NCBI GenBank assembly: GCA_965197475.1
Contig: CBDANF010000003.1
Location: 864,001 to 928,000, forward strand
Direction of reading: 5' to 3'
DNA length: 64,000 nucleotides
DNA from: Candidatus Poribacteria bacterium
GTDB taxonomy: Bacteria; Poribacteria; WGA-4E; WGA-3G
Shown here: positions 47,826 through 59,189 of the stretch, in pieces
How the letters are laid out: each line of letters begins with the position of its first letter
How positions within the stretch are numbered: the stretch's first letter is position 1
Made by a program: the position numbers and the translations under genes
Notes under the pieces: generated by a model
The model's database searches: none
The model's input: the letters and a program-made list of their open reading frames with translations, nothing else
What the model was told of the DNA's origin: nothing

Positions 47826-48879
47826 TCATTTGAGTTGTCCATTTTCTACATCAATAATTGCTCTTGCCAAAGCCCAATCTAATCGACGTCGGTAGTGTCC
47901 ATCGCGGCGTAATCCCTTGAACGCCGTCAAAAAAAATATCATGAGTTTTCTCACGGATCGTAGCTAAACGAACATTAAGTATGTCTATATCAACATGCCA
48001 CGGCACGCCAATTTTTGTAATTGAACGGCATTGGGTACGCACACGATACTCACCTAATTCTGCTGGGGCACAAAAACGGATAGAGGCAGAAACAGTATTA
48101 TCTATAGCGATGAGGCCTAAATTTCCTCTCGGTTGATTGAACACAATGCTACGATTGCAAGATGGCGGAGGCAGATGTTTCCTTAGTTCGCTGAGTTTTC
48201 CGAGTAGTTGATTGTTGCGCCACACCCTAATATCCGAGGTTACGTGCGGTGCAAACAGTGCAAGACCTACCGGATGTTCAGTGTCTTCAAACATATAACT
48301 TGTGTTTCTGCTTTTATTATCTTGCGTTGTTCCATTTTGTGTATGCGGAACTAAGGAGATAAAATCGCATAACCGATTCAGAAACAACCCACTCCGAATA
48401 AACGCCTCAGGGATAATTGCTGCGACCCATTCACAATGTGTTAAGCATTGCTCAAGAGCATATTTGTAAAGATCATCGTAGTTGGTCACTTCAGGAAATG
48501 GCAAACCGCGGCGTGTTGCGGAGTTGCGAGCAAGCCATGGCGGATTGGTAATACAAACATTAAATCCTTTTGGGAAGTCCGAGAGTGTATCACGTTGCAC
48601 GATCCCTTTTGCGCCTGGCTCAATATCGTAAAACACCCAATCTCGGCACCGCAAATGTGCTGAGTCAATTAATTTTGGAATATCCTTAGCACCTGCAAAA
48701 GGTTCTAAGGTGATCTGTTGTTCTAAATTTAACTCTTTTGCCCACGTCTGGAAAGATTTCAACTGAAACGGATTTCCGCGGGTGTAATAGCGTCCATTAG
48801 CACGTTTTCTGTCCATTTTGTTATCGTGTTGTTTATGCAAACTATATTTATATAATTGACCCTGGACAATTTCAAGCAT
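47826..48879 (-). CDS. Orphan amino-methyltransferase-like protein (gamma order), frameshifted near the C-terminus in a T8 tract
   Basis: GRYYT, LEPFAG, ITNPPW. With T7 the frame continues LTAFKGLRRDGHYRRRLDWALARAII to TGA at 47826. Confidence 0.7.
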
Positions 48880-49086
48880 ACTACTGTGAATGTAAAGGCA
48901 TCAAATGTCCTACGCACATTTAGTGTAGTGTTGATTTGGCAATAAAGTTTTCAAAATCAACAAGCACAGTAACCGAGAGAAAATGTATAGGTATTTCTAG
49001 ATCTTGCTATAGTTGAATGATCGTGCTTAGAAATAGGCATTGTAAATGTTGTTTAGGCAATCGGTCAAATGTATATTGCTAAAATA

Positions 49087-51573
49087 TCAACGAATAATCT
49101 TCACATTAATAACCGGACTATCCTGTTGAAAGGTTTTACCATTGATTATCGCTGTGGCGCGGAATCTAACTTGGTAAGTCTTCGGTTCAAGAGAACTAAG
49201 TGCCTCAAGCACAACCTCAACATCATTTTCGTTAATAGGAATCGTAGCGTCGGGAATAGTTATACCTTCTGGCACCACCGTTATCGGCTTAATGGTAACA
49301 ATGTCCGTAAAACTACCACGTCGAACAATACTCATTGTAAGTTTAGCGGATTTTTTAATCGTCTCGCTCTTTTCTGCGGTCTCTGGTTCAGCCTTTTCCG
49401 TTGGACTCGGGTTAGAGACAGCAACAGTTTCACCTTCACCTACAGCCGCCGCAGGTTCTGCTTCACTGACTGCCTTCGGGAAGACAATGCTAAAGCGTAA
49501 CGGTTCTATCGTAACAATAAATGGTGCTTCAACAACCGTCAATGGAATTGCAGGAGATGCCTCAGTATAGTTTTCTCGGTTGACAGATGCAGTTCCACTA
49601 ACGGAAATATAACTTGTGCCGGGTGTGGGGATAACAGAAAATTGTTCGCGTCGTTCAACGGTTCCCGCCCGGAGTGAAATCACAGCACTATTTTTGCCCG
49701 CAGGAATTGTGGCTTTTCCGCCTGAAATACGTGCTGGCATACCCTGTACCGAAAGACCGATAGGTCCATTAAAACCTTCTCGTCTATTGGCAATAACGTG
49801 AAAGTTTGTGGATTTGTTGTGCACAACATTGACATCAACATCTGCAAACGCGAGTGTAAATGGTGGTGCTTCCATCACTGTCAGTAAGATTTTTTTGGGT
49901 GATGTACTTGCTTCTATACGTCTGCCGCCAATTGCACCGACCCCAACGATGGAGAAAGGATACAGTCCAAGTGGCGCGTCCACTGGTGCAGTAATTGTCA
50001 ATAACGCTTGATTTTGACCGGGATAAAGAATTGTAGGACTAACCAGAAATCCTTTGGGAAGATCAGGTGAGTAGAAGCGGAGTGCGCCATTAAATCCATC
50101 CAGTCGTGCGGCAGAGACTGTCATCATGAAAGTGCCACCCCGACTAATACGAGGGTTATCGACATTAACATTTATGCGAAAACCGGGGTTCAATGGACGA
50201 ATGGTAAGCCTGTAAGGAAAATCTCCGCCCCCAGCACCATTTAGGTCTCGCACGGAAATACCGTAATCGCCTGTTTCTGGGAACGTAAAACTAAGCCGAG
50301 CATCTGTTCCGCTTGCATCATCGTTAACACTTAATACCTGTTCTTCAACGGTACCTTCTGCCTCGCCTTTTTTATGTGAATAGAGTGTCAGCAGTGGATC
50401 CAGTTGTGATCGAAATTCACGCGCTTTAACATCAAAAATTAAACTTGTTCCTTTTTCTACTTTGATGGAAAACCGATCCACATCACCAGGTTTCTCTATT
50501 TTTCCATTCACAGTTATCGGCGTTCCGATTTTGTTTTCTTGTGTTAAACCTTCATTCGGTTCCTTTTCAGTCGTCTCATTAAATTCACCGATGGCAAATG
50601 GGAATGGGTTCGTCTCTAAACCGTTTGGTGTACTCACGCGTAGTTCTTGAATCCCAAGTGATGCGTCCGGCGAGATGTCCAGTTGAATTGCATTCACTGA
50701 ACCCAAATTTGCGCCAGCGACATTAACATTGTTCGCTGCACCGCGTTTCCCACCGAGTGGAAAAACGCTCTGAAGATATGGCAACTCGCCTATACTTAAG
50801 CGATATAGGTAATTTCCGCCGCCTTGAAAGCGGATGTCGCGTAGGTGGAGCGTATATTCCCCTGCTTGTTGCGTTGTATAATCGATAAACGAATCTAATC
50901 CATTTCCATCCCTGCTTTTCGCTACCTCTGTGCCACTTGGGTCAAATAGGGTAATGTAGGAATCTAATGGCGATCCGATCCGTTGCGCGTGTATGTCACA
51001 AATAAGGCGCTCACCTTTTTTGAGTGTAAAACGGAACAGATCCACATCATCAATTGACGCAACTGTACCGTTGACAGTAGCAGGTAATTCAAGTAGGTTA
51101 GCCTCATCAGTTGTGGAATTCGGTTCCTGTTCCTTCATCTCAGGAAGGTCACCGACAATGAAGTTTTGTGGATTGGAAACACCATTTGGTGTGATAAGGC
51201 GAATCTGATGGTTGCCCAGCGGCGCATCAGACGCAATTTCAAACGATAGAACCAACTGTGGGTTGGTGGGAATGTTCCCAGAGATACCTGAACCGTTAAA
51301 ACGAACAGTTGCTGTAGGAGATTTTTTCTTTATTTCTGCCTTGATTCCCTCTTTGCTGAACCATATTTTTGCGTTTTCATTGATGTTTTTTCCATCTAAA
51401 GTAATTTCAATAGTCTGCCCGCGTTGTGCTGCACAAGGCGATATACTTGTCAGCTGCGGTGCAACCTGTGCATGCGCTATGCCTACAGCCAAGAAGAGAA
51501 TCAGGACTACTTGAATTAGGAACTGTTGTTTGTACCCTGTTTTTGTTTGTTTACAAAATAGTGTATCAGGCAT
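49087..51573 (-). CDS. Exported PPC (pre-peptidase C-terminal) domain protein, Planctomycete type
   Basis: Signal peptide AHA, AQRGQTIEI, EQEPN, DVDLFRF, GSPLDS, YRLSIG repeats. Confidence 0.8.
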   Translation of the reverse strand: MPDTLFCKQTKTGYKQQFLIQVVLILFLAVGIAHAQVAPQLTSISPCAAQRGQTIEITLDGKNINENAKIWFSKEGIKAEIKKKSPTATVRFNGSGISGNIPTNPQLVLSFEIASDAPLGNHQIRLITPNGVSNPQNFIVGDLPEMKEQEPNSTTDEANLLELPATVNGTVASIDDVDLFRFTLKKGERLICDIHAQRIGSPLDSYITLFDPSGTEVAKSRDGNGLDSFIDYTTQQAGEYTLHLRDIRFQGGGNYLYRLSIGELPYLQSVFPLGGKRGAANNVNVAGANLGSVNAIQLDISPDASLGIQELRVSTPNGLETNPFPFAIGEFNETTEKEPNEGLTQENKIGTPITVNGKIEKPGDVDRFSIKVEKGTSLIFDVKAREFRSQLDPLLTLYSHKKGEAEGTVEEQVLSVNDDASGTDARLSFTFPETGDYGISVRDLNGAGGGDFPYRLTIRPLNPGFRINVNVDNPRISRGGTFMMTVSAARLDGFNGALRFYSPDLPKGFLVSPTILYPGQNQALLTITAPVDAPLGLYPFSIVGVGAIGGRRIEASTSPKKILLTVMEAPPFTLAFADVDVNVVHNKSTNFHVIANRREGFNGPIGLSVQGMPARISGGKATIPAGKNSAVISLRAGTVERREQFSVIPTPGTSYISVSGTASVNRENYTEASPAIPLTVVEAPFIVTIEPLRFSIVFPKAVSEAEPAAAVGEGETVAVSNPSPTEKAEPETAEKSETIKKSAKLTMSIVRRGSFTDIVTIKPITVVPEGITIPDATIPINENDVEVVLEALSSLEPKTYQVRFRATAIINGKTFQQDSPVINVKIIR

Positions 51574-51713
51574 ATTTGATTACCTCTCTGCCAGTTCAGT
51601 TATTTACTGCGTTGGACAAATTGCTGCCTTATGTTACCACATCGTTATATATTATACACCTTGATTTGAAATTGGAAAATGATGTGAAAGAATAGATAAT
51701 TAATGCTACTGCC

Positions 51714-52547
51714 TTAGATCATTACCGAAGCTAACCCTTCTGAAAAATGCCATGCTTCACTAAATATCGGTTCAATAACCCACTCACCAGATTTGTCAAT
51801 GTACCCATATTTACCATTTTTTTTGACAGCCGCAAGTCCTTCAGAAAACATGTCGGCTCTATCAAATTGCGGTTCAATGACGAGTGCCCCAGTTTTATCT
51901 GCATATCCATATTTTCCGTTCACTTTAACGACAACCAACCCTTCAGAGAAATAGGGAACATACGCTTCAAATTCTAATTCAAGAACCACCTGACCGGTTT
52001 TATCAATAAACACATGCTTCCCATCTTTTGTTTTAACATAAGCGTAGTCCTCGGAGAAGTCCCATGTGTCTTTAAAATGAAGTGGAATTATTAATTTACC
52101 ATTTTTATCAATATATCCCTGATCACACTCATCGTCTAATCCCCAGACACGTGCCAATCCTTCAGAGAAAGAGAACAGGGATTCATAAGGCGGAATGAAT
52201 GCCCACTCGCCATCGGTGTTAATATAACCAACGGTCGTTTCGGTTCTTACGAGGGCGAGACCGTCTAAGAAGTTCTCAGCATCTTTGTACGTTGGCGATA
52301 TTCTCATGGTGCCATCCTTATTGATATAACCGTATTTATCATCTACGAAAATAGGAGCTAACCCGTTACCAAATGGATGAGCACACTTATATTGAAGGGG
52401 AATGGCAAAATCACCTTGTTTGTCAATGAACCCGTATACGCCATCAATCTCAACTGCTGCTAACCCTTCGGTATAGAGGCAGCAATAATCAAACTGTGGG
52501 GGGATAACGAGCCTCCCACTTTTATCAATATAACCGTATTTTGACAT
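51714..52547 (-). CDS. WG-repeat protein G13 (277 aa)
   Basis: Eight GYIDK.G..VI.P.F.....FSEGLA.V repeats. Confidence 0.9.
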   Translation of the reverse strand: MSKYGYIDKSGRLVIPPQFDYCCLYTEGLAAVEIDGVYGFIDKQGDFAIPLQYKCAHPFGNGLAPIFVDDKYGYINKDGTMRISPTYKDAENFLDGLALVRTETTVGYINTDGEWAFIPPYESLFSFSEGLARVWGLDDECDQGYIDKNGKLIIPLHFKDTWDFSEDYAYVKTKDGKHVFIDKTGQVVLELEFEAYVPYFSEGLVVVKVNGKYGYADKTGALVIEPQFDRADMFSEGLAAVKKNGKYGYIDKSGEWVIEPIFSEAWHFSEGLASVMI

Positions 52548-52555
52548 ATTCAAAA

Positions 52556-53389
52556 TTAGACTTGCACCGCAGCTAATCCTTCCGAAAAAGGCCAGGCTTC
52601 CTCAAATCTCGGTTCAATAACCCACTCACCCGATTTGTCAATATAACCAAACTTACCATCTACAGCGACAGGCGCAAATCCTTCAGAAAAACACTCAACT
52701 TTGTCAAATCGTGGTTCAATCGTGACTTTCCCAGTTTTATCTACGTATCCATATTTCTGACCGATTCTAACACCAATTAATCCTTCAGAGAAGTAGGGTA
52801 GATCGATTCTAAAGCCTAATTCAAGAACCACCTGCCCAGTTTTATCAATAAACCCGCGTTTCCCTTCCTTTGTTTTAACATAGGCATAACCTTCGGAGAA
52901 ATCGGATGTGTCTCCAAAATGTGGTGGAATGACCTCCGCTCCCGTTTTATCAATATACCCTTGATTGATTTCCTCGCCTTCCAGAGAAACTCTCGCCAAT
53001 CCTTCAGAAAAGGAGTACATGCATATATAAGGAGGTATGAGCACCCACTCACCATCGGTGTTAATATAACCTTCGGTTGTGTCAGTTCTTACATGGGCAA
53101 GACCATTGACAAAATCATCAACAGTACAAAAGATCGGCGAGATAACTACCTCTCCAGACTTATTGATATACCCCCACTTGCCATCTCTGGAAATAGGAGC
53201 TAATCCCTCACTGAAACAATATGCCCATTCAAATTGGAGAGGGATCACAAAATCCCCATGTGTGTCAATGAACCCGGATTTTCCATCAACCTCTACAGCA
53301 GCTACGCCTTCGGTAAAATAGCCGGGAGTATCAAACTGTGGAGGAATGATGAACTTTCCGCTTTTATCAATGTAACCGTATTTCGACAT
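52556..53389 (-). CDS. WG-repeat protein G12 (277 aa)
   Basis: Eight repeats; start placed at the MSKYG ATG. Confidence 0.9.
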   Translation of the reverse strand: MSKYGYIDKSGKFIIPPQFDTPGYFTEGVAAVEVDGKSGFIDTHGDFVIPLQFEWAYCFSEGLAPISRDGKWGYINKSGEVVISPIFCTVDDFVNGLAHVRTDTTEGYINTDGEWVLIPPYICMYSFSEGLARVSLEGEEINQGYIDKTGAEVIPPHFGDTSDFSEGYAYVKTKEGKRGFIDKTGQVVLELGFRIDLPYFSEGLIGVRIGQKYGYVDKTGKVTIEPRFDKVECFSEGFAPVAVDGKFGYIDKSGEWVIEPRFEEAWPFSEGLAAVQV

Positions 53390-53458
53390 TTTCAAGACCT
53401 TCTTGATTGGCAAAGCGGTTTCCATCGCGAACGGATTGTACGGATTTACACAGAAACA

Positions 53459-54292
53459 TTAGATTATTACCGAAGCTAACCCCTCTGAAAAAAGTCCGGC
53501 TTCCTTGAATCTCGGTTCAATAACCCACTCACCCGATTTGTCAATGTAACCGGACTTACCATCAACAGCGGCAGACGCAAGCCCTTCAGAAAAATCACCG
53601 ACTTTATCAAATTTCGGTTCAATGACAAGTGAACCAGTTTTATCTGCGTATCCATATTTCCCATCGATTTTAACAGCAACCAATCCTTCAAAAAAGTAGG
53701 GACGATACGTTTCAAATGCTAAATCAAGAACCACCTGACCGGTTTTATCAATAAACACATGCTCCCCATCCTTGGTCTCAACATAGGCGTAACCTTCGGA
53801 AAAATTGTAGGTGTTTCTAAAGTGAGTGGGAATCACCTCCGCTCCCGTAATATCAATATACCCTTCATTGGATTCCTCTCCTTCTACCCAAACTATCGCT
53901 AATCCTTCAGAAAATGAGAAACAGCATACATAAGGCGGAATCAATGCCCATTCGCCATCGGTGTTAATATATCCTTCGGTAGTTTCGGTTATTACATGGG
54001 CAAGACCATCGGAGAAGTAAGTAGCATATTTAAACGTCGGCGGTATCACCACGGTGCCAGCTCTATTGATGTAACCGTATTTGCCATCTATGGAAACAGC
54101 GGCTAATCCTTCACTGAAATCATCTGCATATTCAAATTGGAAGGGAAGTGCAAACCCTCCGTGTTTGTCAATAAACCCGCATTTTCCATCAATCTCTACG
54201 GCGGCTACGCCTTCGGTATGATAACCGGGAGTATCAAACTGTGGAGGAATGATGAACTTTCCGCTTTTATCAATGTAACCGTATTTCGACAT
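53459..54292 (-). CDS. WG-repeat protein G11 (277 aa)
   Basis: Eight repeats; near-identical to G3 except the last repeat region. Confidence 0.9.
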   Translation of the reverse strand: MSKYGYIDKSGKFIIPPQFDTPGYHTEGVAAVEIDGKCGFIDKHGGFALPFQFEYADDFSEGLAAVSIDGKYGYINRAGTVVIPPTFKYATYFSDGLAHVITETTEGYINTDGEWALIPPYVCCFSFSEGLAIVWVEGEESNEGYIDITGAEVIPTHFRNTYNFSEGYAYVETKDGEHVFIDKTGQVVLDLAFETYRPYFFEGLVAVKIDGKYGYADKTGSLVIEPKFDKVGDFSEGLASAAVDGKSGYIDKSGEWVIEPRFKEAGLFSEGLASVII

Positions 54293-54361
54293 TTTCAAGA
54301 CCTTCTTGATTAGTAATGCGGTTTCCATCGCCAACGGATTGTACGGATTTACACAGAGACA

Positions 54362-55273
54362 TTAGATTATTACCGAAGCTAACCCCTCTGAAAAAAGTCC
54401 GGCTTCCTTGAATCTCGGTTCAATAACCCACTCACCCGATTTGTCAATGTAACCGGACTTACCATCTACAAAAAGCCCGCCTCGCCTGAATTTCGGATCA
54501 AAAACCCATTCACCCGATTTGTCAAAGTAACCATACTTACCATCTACAGCAACAGGTGCAAGCCCTTCAGAAAACCTCTCGACTCTATCAAATCTCGGTT
54601 CAATCACGACGCTCCCGGATTTATCTGCAAATCCGTATTGATGATCGATATTAACACCGATCAACCCTTCAGAGAAGTATGGAGGATAAAATATTAACGC
54701 GGATTCAAAAACCATCTGACCCGTTTTATCAATAAAACCACGTTTTCCTTCCTTTGTTTTAACGTAGGCATAACCTTCAGAGAAAGCAGACGTGTCTGCA
54801 AAGTGAGTGGGAATAACCTCCGCTCCCGTTATATCAATATACCCTTGATTGATTTCCTCGCCTTCCAGAGAAACTCTCGCCAATCCTTCAGAAAAGGAGT
54901 ACATGCATATATAAGGAGGTATGAGTGCCCACTCACCATCGGTGTTAATATAACCTTCGGTTGTTTCGGTCATTACATGGGCAAGACCATCGGAGAAGTA
55001 ATCAGCATCTTTAAACGTCGGCGGTATCACCACGGTGCCAACTCTATTGATGTAGCCGTATTTGCCATCTATGGAAACAGCGGCTAATCCTTCACTGAAA
55101 TCATCTGCATATTCAAATTGGAGGGGGATCACAAAATCACCCTGTTTGTCAATGAACCCGCATTTTCCATCAACCTCTACGGCGGTTAAACCTTCGGTAA
55201 AATAGCCGGGAGTATCAAACTGGGGTGGAATAACAATACTCCCACTTTTATCAATGTAACCGTATTTTGACAT
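54362..55273 (-). CDS. WG-repeat protein G10 (303 aa)
   Basis: Eight repeats plus one 26-aa partial repeat. Confidence 0.9.
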   Translation of the reverse strand: MSKYGYIDKSGSIVIPPQFDTPGYFTEGLTAVEVDGKCGFIDKQGDFVIPLQFEYADDFSEGLAAVSIDGKYGYINRVGTVVIPPTFKDADYFSDGLAHVMTETTEGYINTDGEWALIPPYICMYSFSEGLARVSLEGEEINQGYIDITGAEVIPTHFADTSAFSEGYAYVKTKEGKRGFIDKTGQMVFESALIFYPPYFSEGLIGVNIDHQYGFADKSGSVVIEPRFDRVERFSEGLAPVAVDGKYGYFDKSGEWVFDPKFRRGGLFVDGKSGYIDKSGEWVIEPRFKEAGLFSEGLASVII

Positions 55274-55345
55274 TTTCAAGACCTTCTTCATTAGTAATGC
55301 GGGTTTTCTTGACAAAACGGGCACCTATAGATTTATACCACCACA

Positions 55346-56191
55346 TTAGATTTTTACCGCAGCTAAACCCTCTGAAAAACAAGTAGCGTACCTAAATATC
55401 GGTTCAATCATCCACTTCCCAGTTTTGTCAATGTACCCATACTTCCCATTTATTTTGACAGGCGCGAGTCCTTCGGAAAACAAGTCGGCTTTATCAAATC
55501 GTGGTTCAATGACGAGTGCCCCAGTTTTGCCTGCATATCCATATTTTCCGTTCACCTTAACGACAACCAATCCTTCAGAGAAATAGGGAACATACGCTTC
55601 AAATTCTAATTCAAGTACCACTTGACCGGTTTTATCAATAAACATATACTTGCCTTGTTTTGTTTCAACATAGGCATAACCATCGGAGAAATCCCACGTG
55701 TCTTCAAAGCGGGATGGGATAATTAATTCACCGGCCTTATCAATATACCCTTCATCATATCCACCATCTTTTTCATTTTGGATACCGATTTGGGCAACTC
55801 CTTCTGAGAAATCATATAAAATTGTTTCACCGGATGGCGTGAGTGCCCATTCACCCGTAGTGTTAATATAGCCTTCAGTTGTGTCAGTTTTTGCACGAGC
55901 CAGACCATCGGAAAATACCCACGCCTCTCGAAAGGTGAGTGGAATGATTACCTTTCCAGACCTATTGATAAAACCGCACTTTTCATCTATGCAAATAGGT
56001 GCTAAACCATCGCTAAACCAAAGTGCCCATTTATATTGGAACGGGATCGCGAAATTACCTTGTTTGTCTATGAACCTGTACACTCCATCAATCTCCACAG
56101 CTGCTACACCTTCAGAATAACCGTAGCAGTCATCAAACTGTGGTGGAATGATGAACTTTCCGCTTTTATCAATGTAACCAAATTTTGACAT
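55346..56191 (-). CDS. WG-repeat protein G9 (281 aa)
   Basis: Eight repeats with a divergent middle. Confidence 0.9.
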   Translation of the reverse strand: MSKFGYIDKSGKFIIPPQFDDCYGYSEGVAAVEIDGVYRFIDKQGNFAIPFQYKWALWFSDGLAPICIDEKCGFINRSGKVIIPLTFREAWVFSDGLARAKTDTTEGYINTTGEWALTPSGETILYDFSEGVAQIGIQNEKDGGYDEGYIDKAGELIIPSRFEDTWDFSDGYAYVETKQGKYMFIDKTGQVVLELEFEAYVPYFSEGLVVVKVNGKYGYAGKTGALVIEPRFDKADLFSEGLAPVKINGKYGYIDKTGKWMIEPIFRYATCFSEGLAAVKI

Positions 56192-56260
56192 TTTCAAGAC
56201 CTTCTTGATTGGCAAAGCGGTTTCCATCACGAATGGATTGTACGGATTTACACAGAAACA

Positions 56261-57172
56261 TTAGATTATTACCGAAGCTAACCCCTCTGAAAAAAGTCCG
56301 GCTTCCTTGAATCTCGGTTCAATAACCCACTCACCAGTTTTGTCAATGTAACCAGACTTCCCATCTACAAAAAGCCCGCCTCGCCTGAATGTCGGATCAA
56401 AAACCCATTCACCCGATTTGTCAAAGTAACCATACTTACCATCTACAGCAACAGGTGCAAGCCCTTCAGAAAACCTCTCGACTCTATCAAATCTCGGTTC
56501 AATCACGACGCTCCCGGATTTATCTGCAAATCCGTATTGATGATCGATATTAACACCGATCAACCCTTCAGAGAAGTATGGAGGATAAAATATTAACGCG
56601 GATTCAAAAACCATCTGACCCGTTTTATCAATAAAACCACGTTTTCCTTCCTTTGTTTTAACGTAGGCATAACCTTCAGAGAAAGCAGACGTGTCTGCAA
56701 AGTGAGTGGGAATAACCTCCGCTCCCGTTATATCAATATACCCTTGATTGATTTCCTCGCCTTCCAGAGAAACTCTCGCCAATCCTTCAGAAAAGGAGTA
56801 CATGCATATATAAGGAGGTATGAGTGCCCACTCACCATCGGTGTTAATATAACCTTCGGTTGTTTCGGTCATTACATGGGCAAGACCATCGGAGAAGTAA
56901 TCAGCATCTTTAAACGTCGGCGGTATCACCACAGTGCCAACTCTATTGATGTAGCCGTATTTGCCATCTATGGAAACAGGTGCTAATCCTTCACTGAACC
57001 AATGTGCACACTCATATTGGAGGGGGATCACAAAATCACCCTGTTTGTCAATGAACCCGGATTTTCCATCAATCTCTACAGATGCTATGCCTTCAGAATA
57101 TTCGTAGCAGTCATCAAACTGTGGTGGAATGACGAAACTCCCACTTTTATCAATGTATCCGTATTTTGACAT
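56261..57172 (-). CDS. WG-repeat protein G8 (303 aa)
   Basis: Eight repeats plus one partial repeat. Confidence 0.9.
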   Translation of the reverse strand: MSKYGYIDKSGSFVIPPQFDDCYEYSEGIASVEIDGKSGFIDKQGDFVIPLQYECAHWFSEGLAPVSIDGKYGYINRVGTVVIPPTFKDADYFSDGLAHVMTETTEGYINTDGEWALIPPYICMYSFSEGLARVSLEGEEINQGYIDITGAEVIPTHFADTSAFSEGYAYVKTKEGKRGFIDKTGQMVFESALIFYPPYFSEGLIGVNIDHQYGFADKSGSVVIEPRFDRVERFSEGLAPVAVDGKYGYFDKSGEWVFDPTFRRGGLFVDGKSGYIDKTGEWVIEPRFKEAGLFSEGLASVII

Positions 57173-57180
57173 TTTCAAAA

Positions 57181-58122
57181 TTAGACTTGTACCAAAGCTA
57201 ACCCCTCCGAAAAACACCAAGCTTCCTTGAATCTCGGTTCAATCACCCACTCACCCGATTTGTCAATGTAACCATACTTAGCATCTACAAAAAGCCCGCC
57301 TCGCCTGAATGTCGGATCAGAAACCCATTCACCCGATTTGTCAAAGTAACCATACTTAGCATCTACAGCAGCAGGCGCAAGTCCTTCAGAAAAATCTCCG
57401 ACATTATCAAATCGCGGTTCAATCACGACGCTCCCGGATTTATCTGCAAATCCGTATTGATAATCGATATTAACACCGATCAACCCTTCAGAGAAGTATG
57501 GAGGATAAAATATTAACGCGGATTCAAGAACCATCTGACCAGTTTTATCAATAAAACAACGTTTTCCCTCCTTTGTTTTAACATAAGCATAACCTTCGGA
57601 GAAATCGGATATGCTTTCAAAGTCGGGTGGAATGACTATTGTCCCCATCCTATCAATATATCCCATATCCTCCCAATCCGTTTCTTCATTCCAGACACCA
57701 TGCCGAGCGAGGCCTTCAGAAAAACCGTATAACATGTGATCATCAGTGAATGTTAATGCTTTTTCACCAGATGTGTCAATATAGTGCTCATGTATAGCAC
57801 CATCAGTTGCCTTAGTTCTTACAAGGGCAAGACCATCGGAGAAGTAATCAGCATCTTTAAACGTCGGCGGTATCACCACGGTGCCGGCTTTATTGATGTA
57901 ACCGTATTTGTTGCCATCTATAGAAACAGCGGCTAATCCCTCACTGAAATCATATGCCGAGTGAAATTGGAGGGGAATTACAAAATCACCCTGCTTGTCA
58001 ATGAACCCGTATTTTCCATCAACCTCTACGGCGGCTATGCCATCGTTATAAAAGCCGGAAGTATCAAACTGCGGTGGAATGATGAACTTTCCGCTTTTAT
58101 CAATGTAACCGTATTTCGACAT
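57181..58122 (-). CDS. WG-repeat protein G7 (313 aa)
   Basis: Eight repeats plus one partial repeat; TKATDGAIHEH block. Confidence 0.9.
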   Translation of the reverse strand: MSKYGYIDKSGKFIIPPQFDTSGFYNDGIAAVEVDGKYGFIDKQGDFVIPLQFHSAYDFSEGLAAVSIDGNKYGYINKAGTVVIPPTFKDADYFSDGLALVRTKATDGAIHEHYIDTSGEKALTFTDDHMLYGFSEGLARHGVWNEETDWEDMGYIDRMGTIVIPPDFESISDFSEGYAYVKTKEGKRCFIDKTGQMVLESALIFYPPYFSEGLIGVNIDYQYGFADKSGSVVIEPRFDNVGDFSEGLAPAAVDAKYGYFDKSGEWVSDPTFRRGGLFVDAKYGYIDKSGEWVIEPRFKEAWCFSEGLALVQV

Positions 58123-58191
58123 TTTCAAGACCTTCTTGATTAGTAATGCGGTTTCCATCGCCAACGGATTGTACGGATTTACACAGAGACA

Positions 58192-59181
58192 TTAGATTAT
58201 TACCGCAGCTAACCCTTCTGAAAAAGGTTCGGCTTCCTTAAATCTCGGTTCAATAACCCACTCACCCGACTTGTCAATGTAACCATACTTACCTTCTACA
58301 AAAAACCCGGTTCCCTTGAATCTCGGTTCAATAACCCACTCTCCTGATTTGTCAATGTAACCGGACTTCCCATCTACAAAAAGCCCGCCTCGCCTGAATT
58401 TCGGATCAAAAACCCATTCACCCGATTTGTCAAAGTAACCATACTTACCATCTACAGCAACAGGTGCAAGCCCTTCAGAAAACCTCTCGACTCTATCAAA
58501 TCTCGGTTCAATCACGACGCTCCCGGATTTATCTGCAAATCCGTATTGATGATCGATATTAACACCGATCAACCCTTCAGAGAAGTATGGAGGATAAAAT
58601 ATTAACGCGGATTCAAAAACCATCTGACCCGTTTTATCAATAAAACCACGTTTTCCTTCCTTTGTTTTAACGTAGGCATAACCTTCAGAGAAAGCAGACG
58701 TGTCTGCAAAGTGAGTGGGAATAACCTCCGCTCCCGTTTTATCAATATACCCTTGATTGATTTCCTCGCCTTCCAGAGAAACTCTCGCCAATCCTTCAGA
58801 AAAGGAGTACATGCATATATAAGGAGGTATGAGTGCCCACTCACCATCGGTGTTAATATAACCTTCGGTTGTTTCGGTCATTACATGGGCAAGACCATCG
58901 GAGAAGTAATCAGCATCTTTAAACGTCGGCGGTATCACCACGGTGCCAACTCTATTGATGTAGCCGTATTTGCCATCTATGGAAACAGCGGCTAATCCTT
59001 CACTGAAATCATCTGCATATTCAAATTGGAAGGGAATTACAAAATCACCTTGTTTATCAATGAAACCACATTTCCCATCAACTTCAACAGCAGCTACGCC
59101 ATCGGTATAATAGCCAGGAGTATCAAACTGTGGTGGAATGATGAACTTTCCGCTTTTATCAATGTAACCATATTTTGACAT
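58192..59181 (-). CDS. WG-repeat protein G6 (329 aa)
   Basis: Eight repeats plus two partial repeats. Confidence 0.9.
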   Translation of the reverse strand: MSKYGYIDKSGKFIIPPQFDTPGYYTDGVAAVEVDGKCGFIDKQGDFVIPFQFEYADDFSEGLAAVSIDGKYGYINRVGTVVIPPTFKDADYFSDGLAHVMTETTEGYINTDGEWALIPPYICMYSFSEGLARVSLEGEEINQGYIDKTGAEVIPTHFADTSAFSEGYAYVKTKEGKRGFIDKTGQMVFESALIFYPPYFSEGLIGVNIDHQYGFADKSGSVVIEPRFDRVERFSEGLAPVAVDGKYGYFDKSGEWVFDPKFRRGGLFVDGKSGYIDKSGEWVIEPRFKGTGFFVEGKYGYIDKSGEWVIEPRFKEAEPFSEGLAAVII

Positions 59182-59189
59182 TTTCAAAA

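Noticed and set aside
24237-48879. Complete restriction-modification systems
   Set aside because: Neither methyltransferase has a recognisable adjacent endonuclease or specificity subunit.
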